A stretch of DNA of 21,026 bases from assembly GCF_006345805.1 (NCBI RefSeq), contig NW_021823813.1:1-21026 (forward strand), in the 5' to 3' direction. Source of the stretch: Octopus sinensis (lineage: Eukaryota). The notes below the pieces were generated by a model. It saw nothing but the letters and a program-made list of their open reading frames with translations, was not told the DNA's origin and made no database searches. The position numbers and the translations under genes were made by a program. Of the stretch, positions 20,629 to 21,026 are shown one piece after another; the first letter of the stretch is position 1; each line of letters opens with the position of its first letter.

Positions 20629-20984
20629 CTAGCACTGTGACCCGGCGTTGCCGGGTCATAGTGCTAGTGCATGCATATACAGCTGCGTGCGTGTGCACAT
20701 ACATGAGAGTACTGTCCAAATCTCCGACCAATCACATACAGCTAGCTGGCATTCAATTGGCATATCAAGTTTCGGGCATTTTGATTGGGTTTTGTATAGA
20801 AAATTCACCAAAATCACTTCTATTGATTTTTTAATGGCTTTGCGGGGTGACTGGGGAAATGTAAAGATGTGCACGACCACCCTTAGACGGTTTTGAATGA
20901 CTATAGAAAGTGCGAGCCCTCCAACTGAAAAATTGTGTATAAAGGACACACACACAGACATTTTACCGTTTATATGTATATAGA
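20629..20984 (-). mobile_element. Non-autonomous Helitron (356 bp) with canonical termini
   Basis: Minus strand starts A|TCTATATAC... (5'-TC at 20984) and ends with a GC-rich hairpin GACCCGGC-AAC-GCCGGGTC followed by ACAGTG-CTAG|T. This matches the established 5'-TC / hairpin / CTRR-3' signature with insertion between A and T. Confidence 0.8.
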
Positions 20985-21026
20985 TATTCAGCTGTTTACA
21001 CATTAATTCAAGAGCAGATAATTTTA

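Overview
Repeat-dominated, AT-rich eukaryotic DNA with no recognisable intact host gene. It is probably intronic or intergenic. The SINE and microsatellite landscape looks like octopus or another cephalopod; this comes from recall of such repeats, not a database search. Mobile elements: at least four families of tRNA-derived SINEs, including a 7-unit head-to-tail array of a 184-bp SINE module; a decayed R4/Dong-like non-LTR retrotransposon (~10.8-13.3 kb); two CR1-group LINE fragments; a mariner remnant; a complete-looking 356-bp non-autonomous Helitron; three short 3' ends of a retroelement next to (GATA)n; and three Penelope-like LTR remnants. Most ORFs in the supplied track are microsatellite translation artefacts. 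Most notable observations: (i) three divergent minimal type I hammerhead-ribozyme-like motifs with compensatory stem changes; (ii) a LINE and four SINE copies that share the same 3' tail; (iii) an apparently GATA-microsatellite-associated retroelement; (iv) higher-order structure in the SINE array; (v) a GTCGA-N5-TCGAC stem-loop conserved across SINE families; (vi) weak candidate exons, including a 12-nt microexon. These extend known retroelement biology. I cannot show from sequence alone that any of them is a new system.
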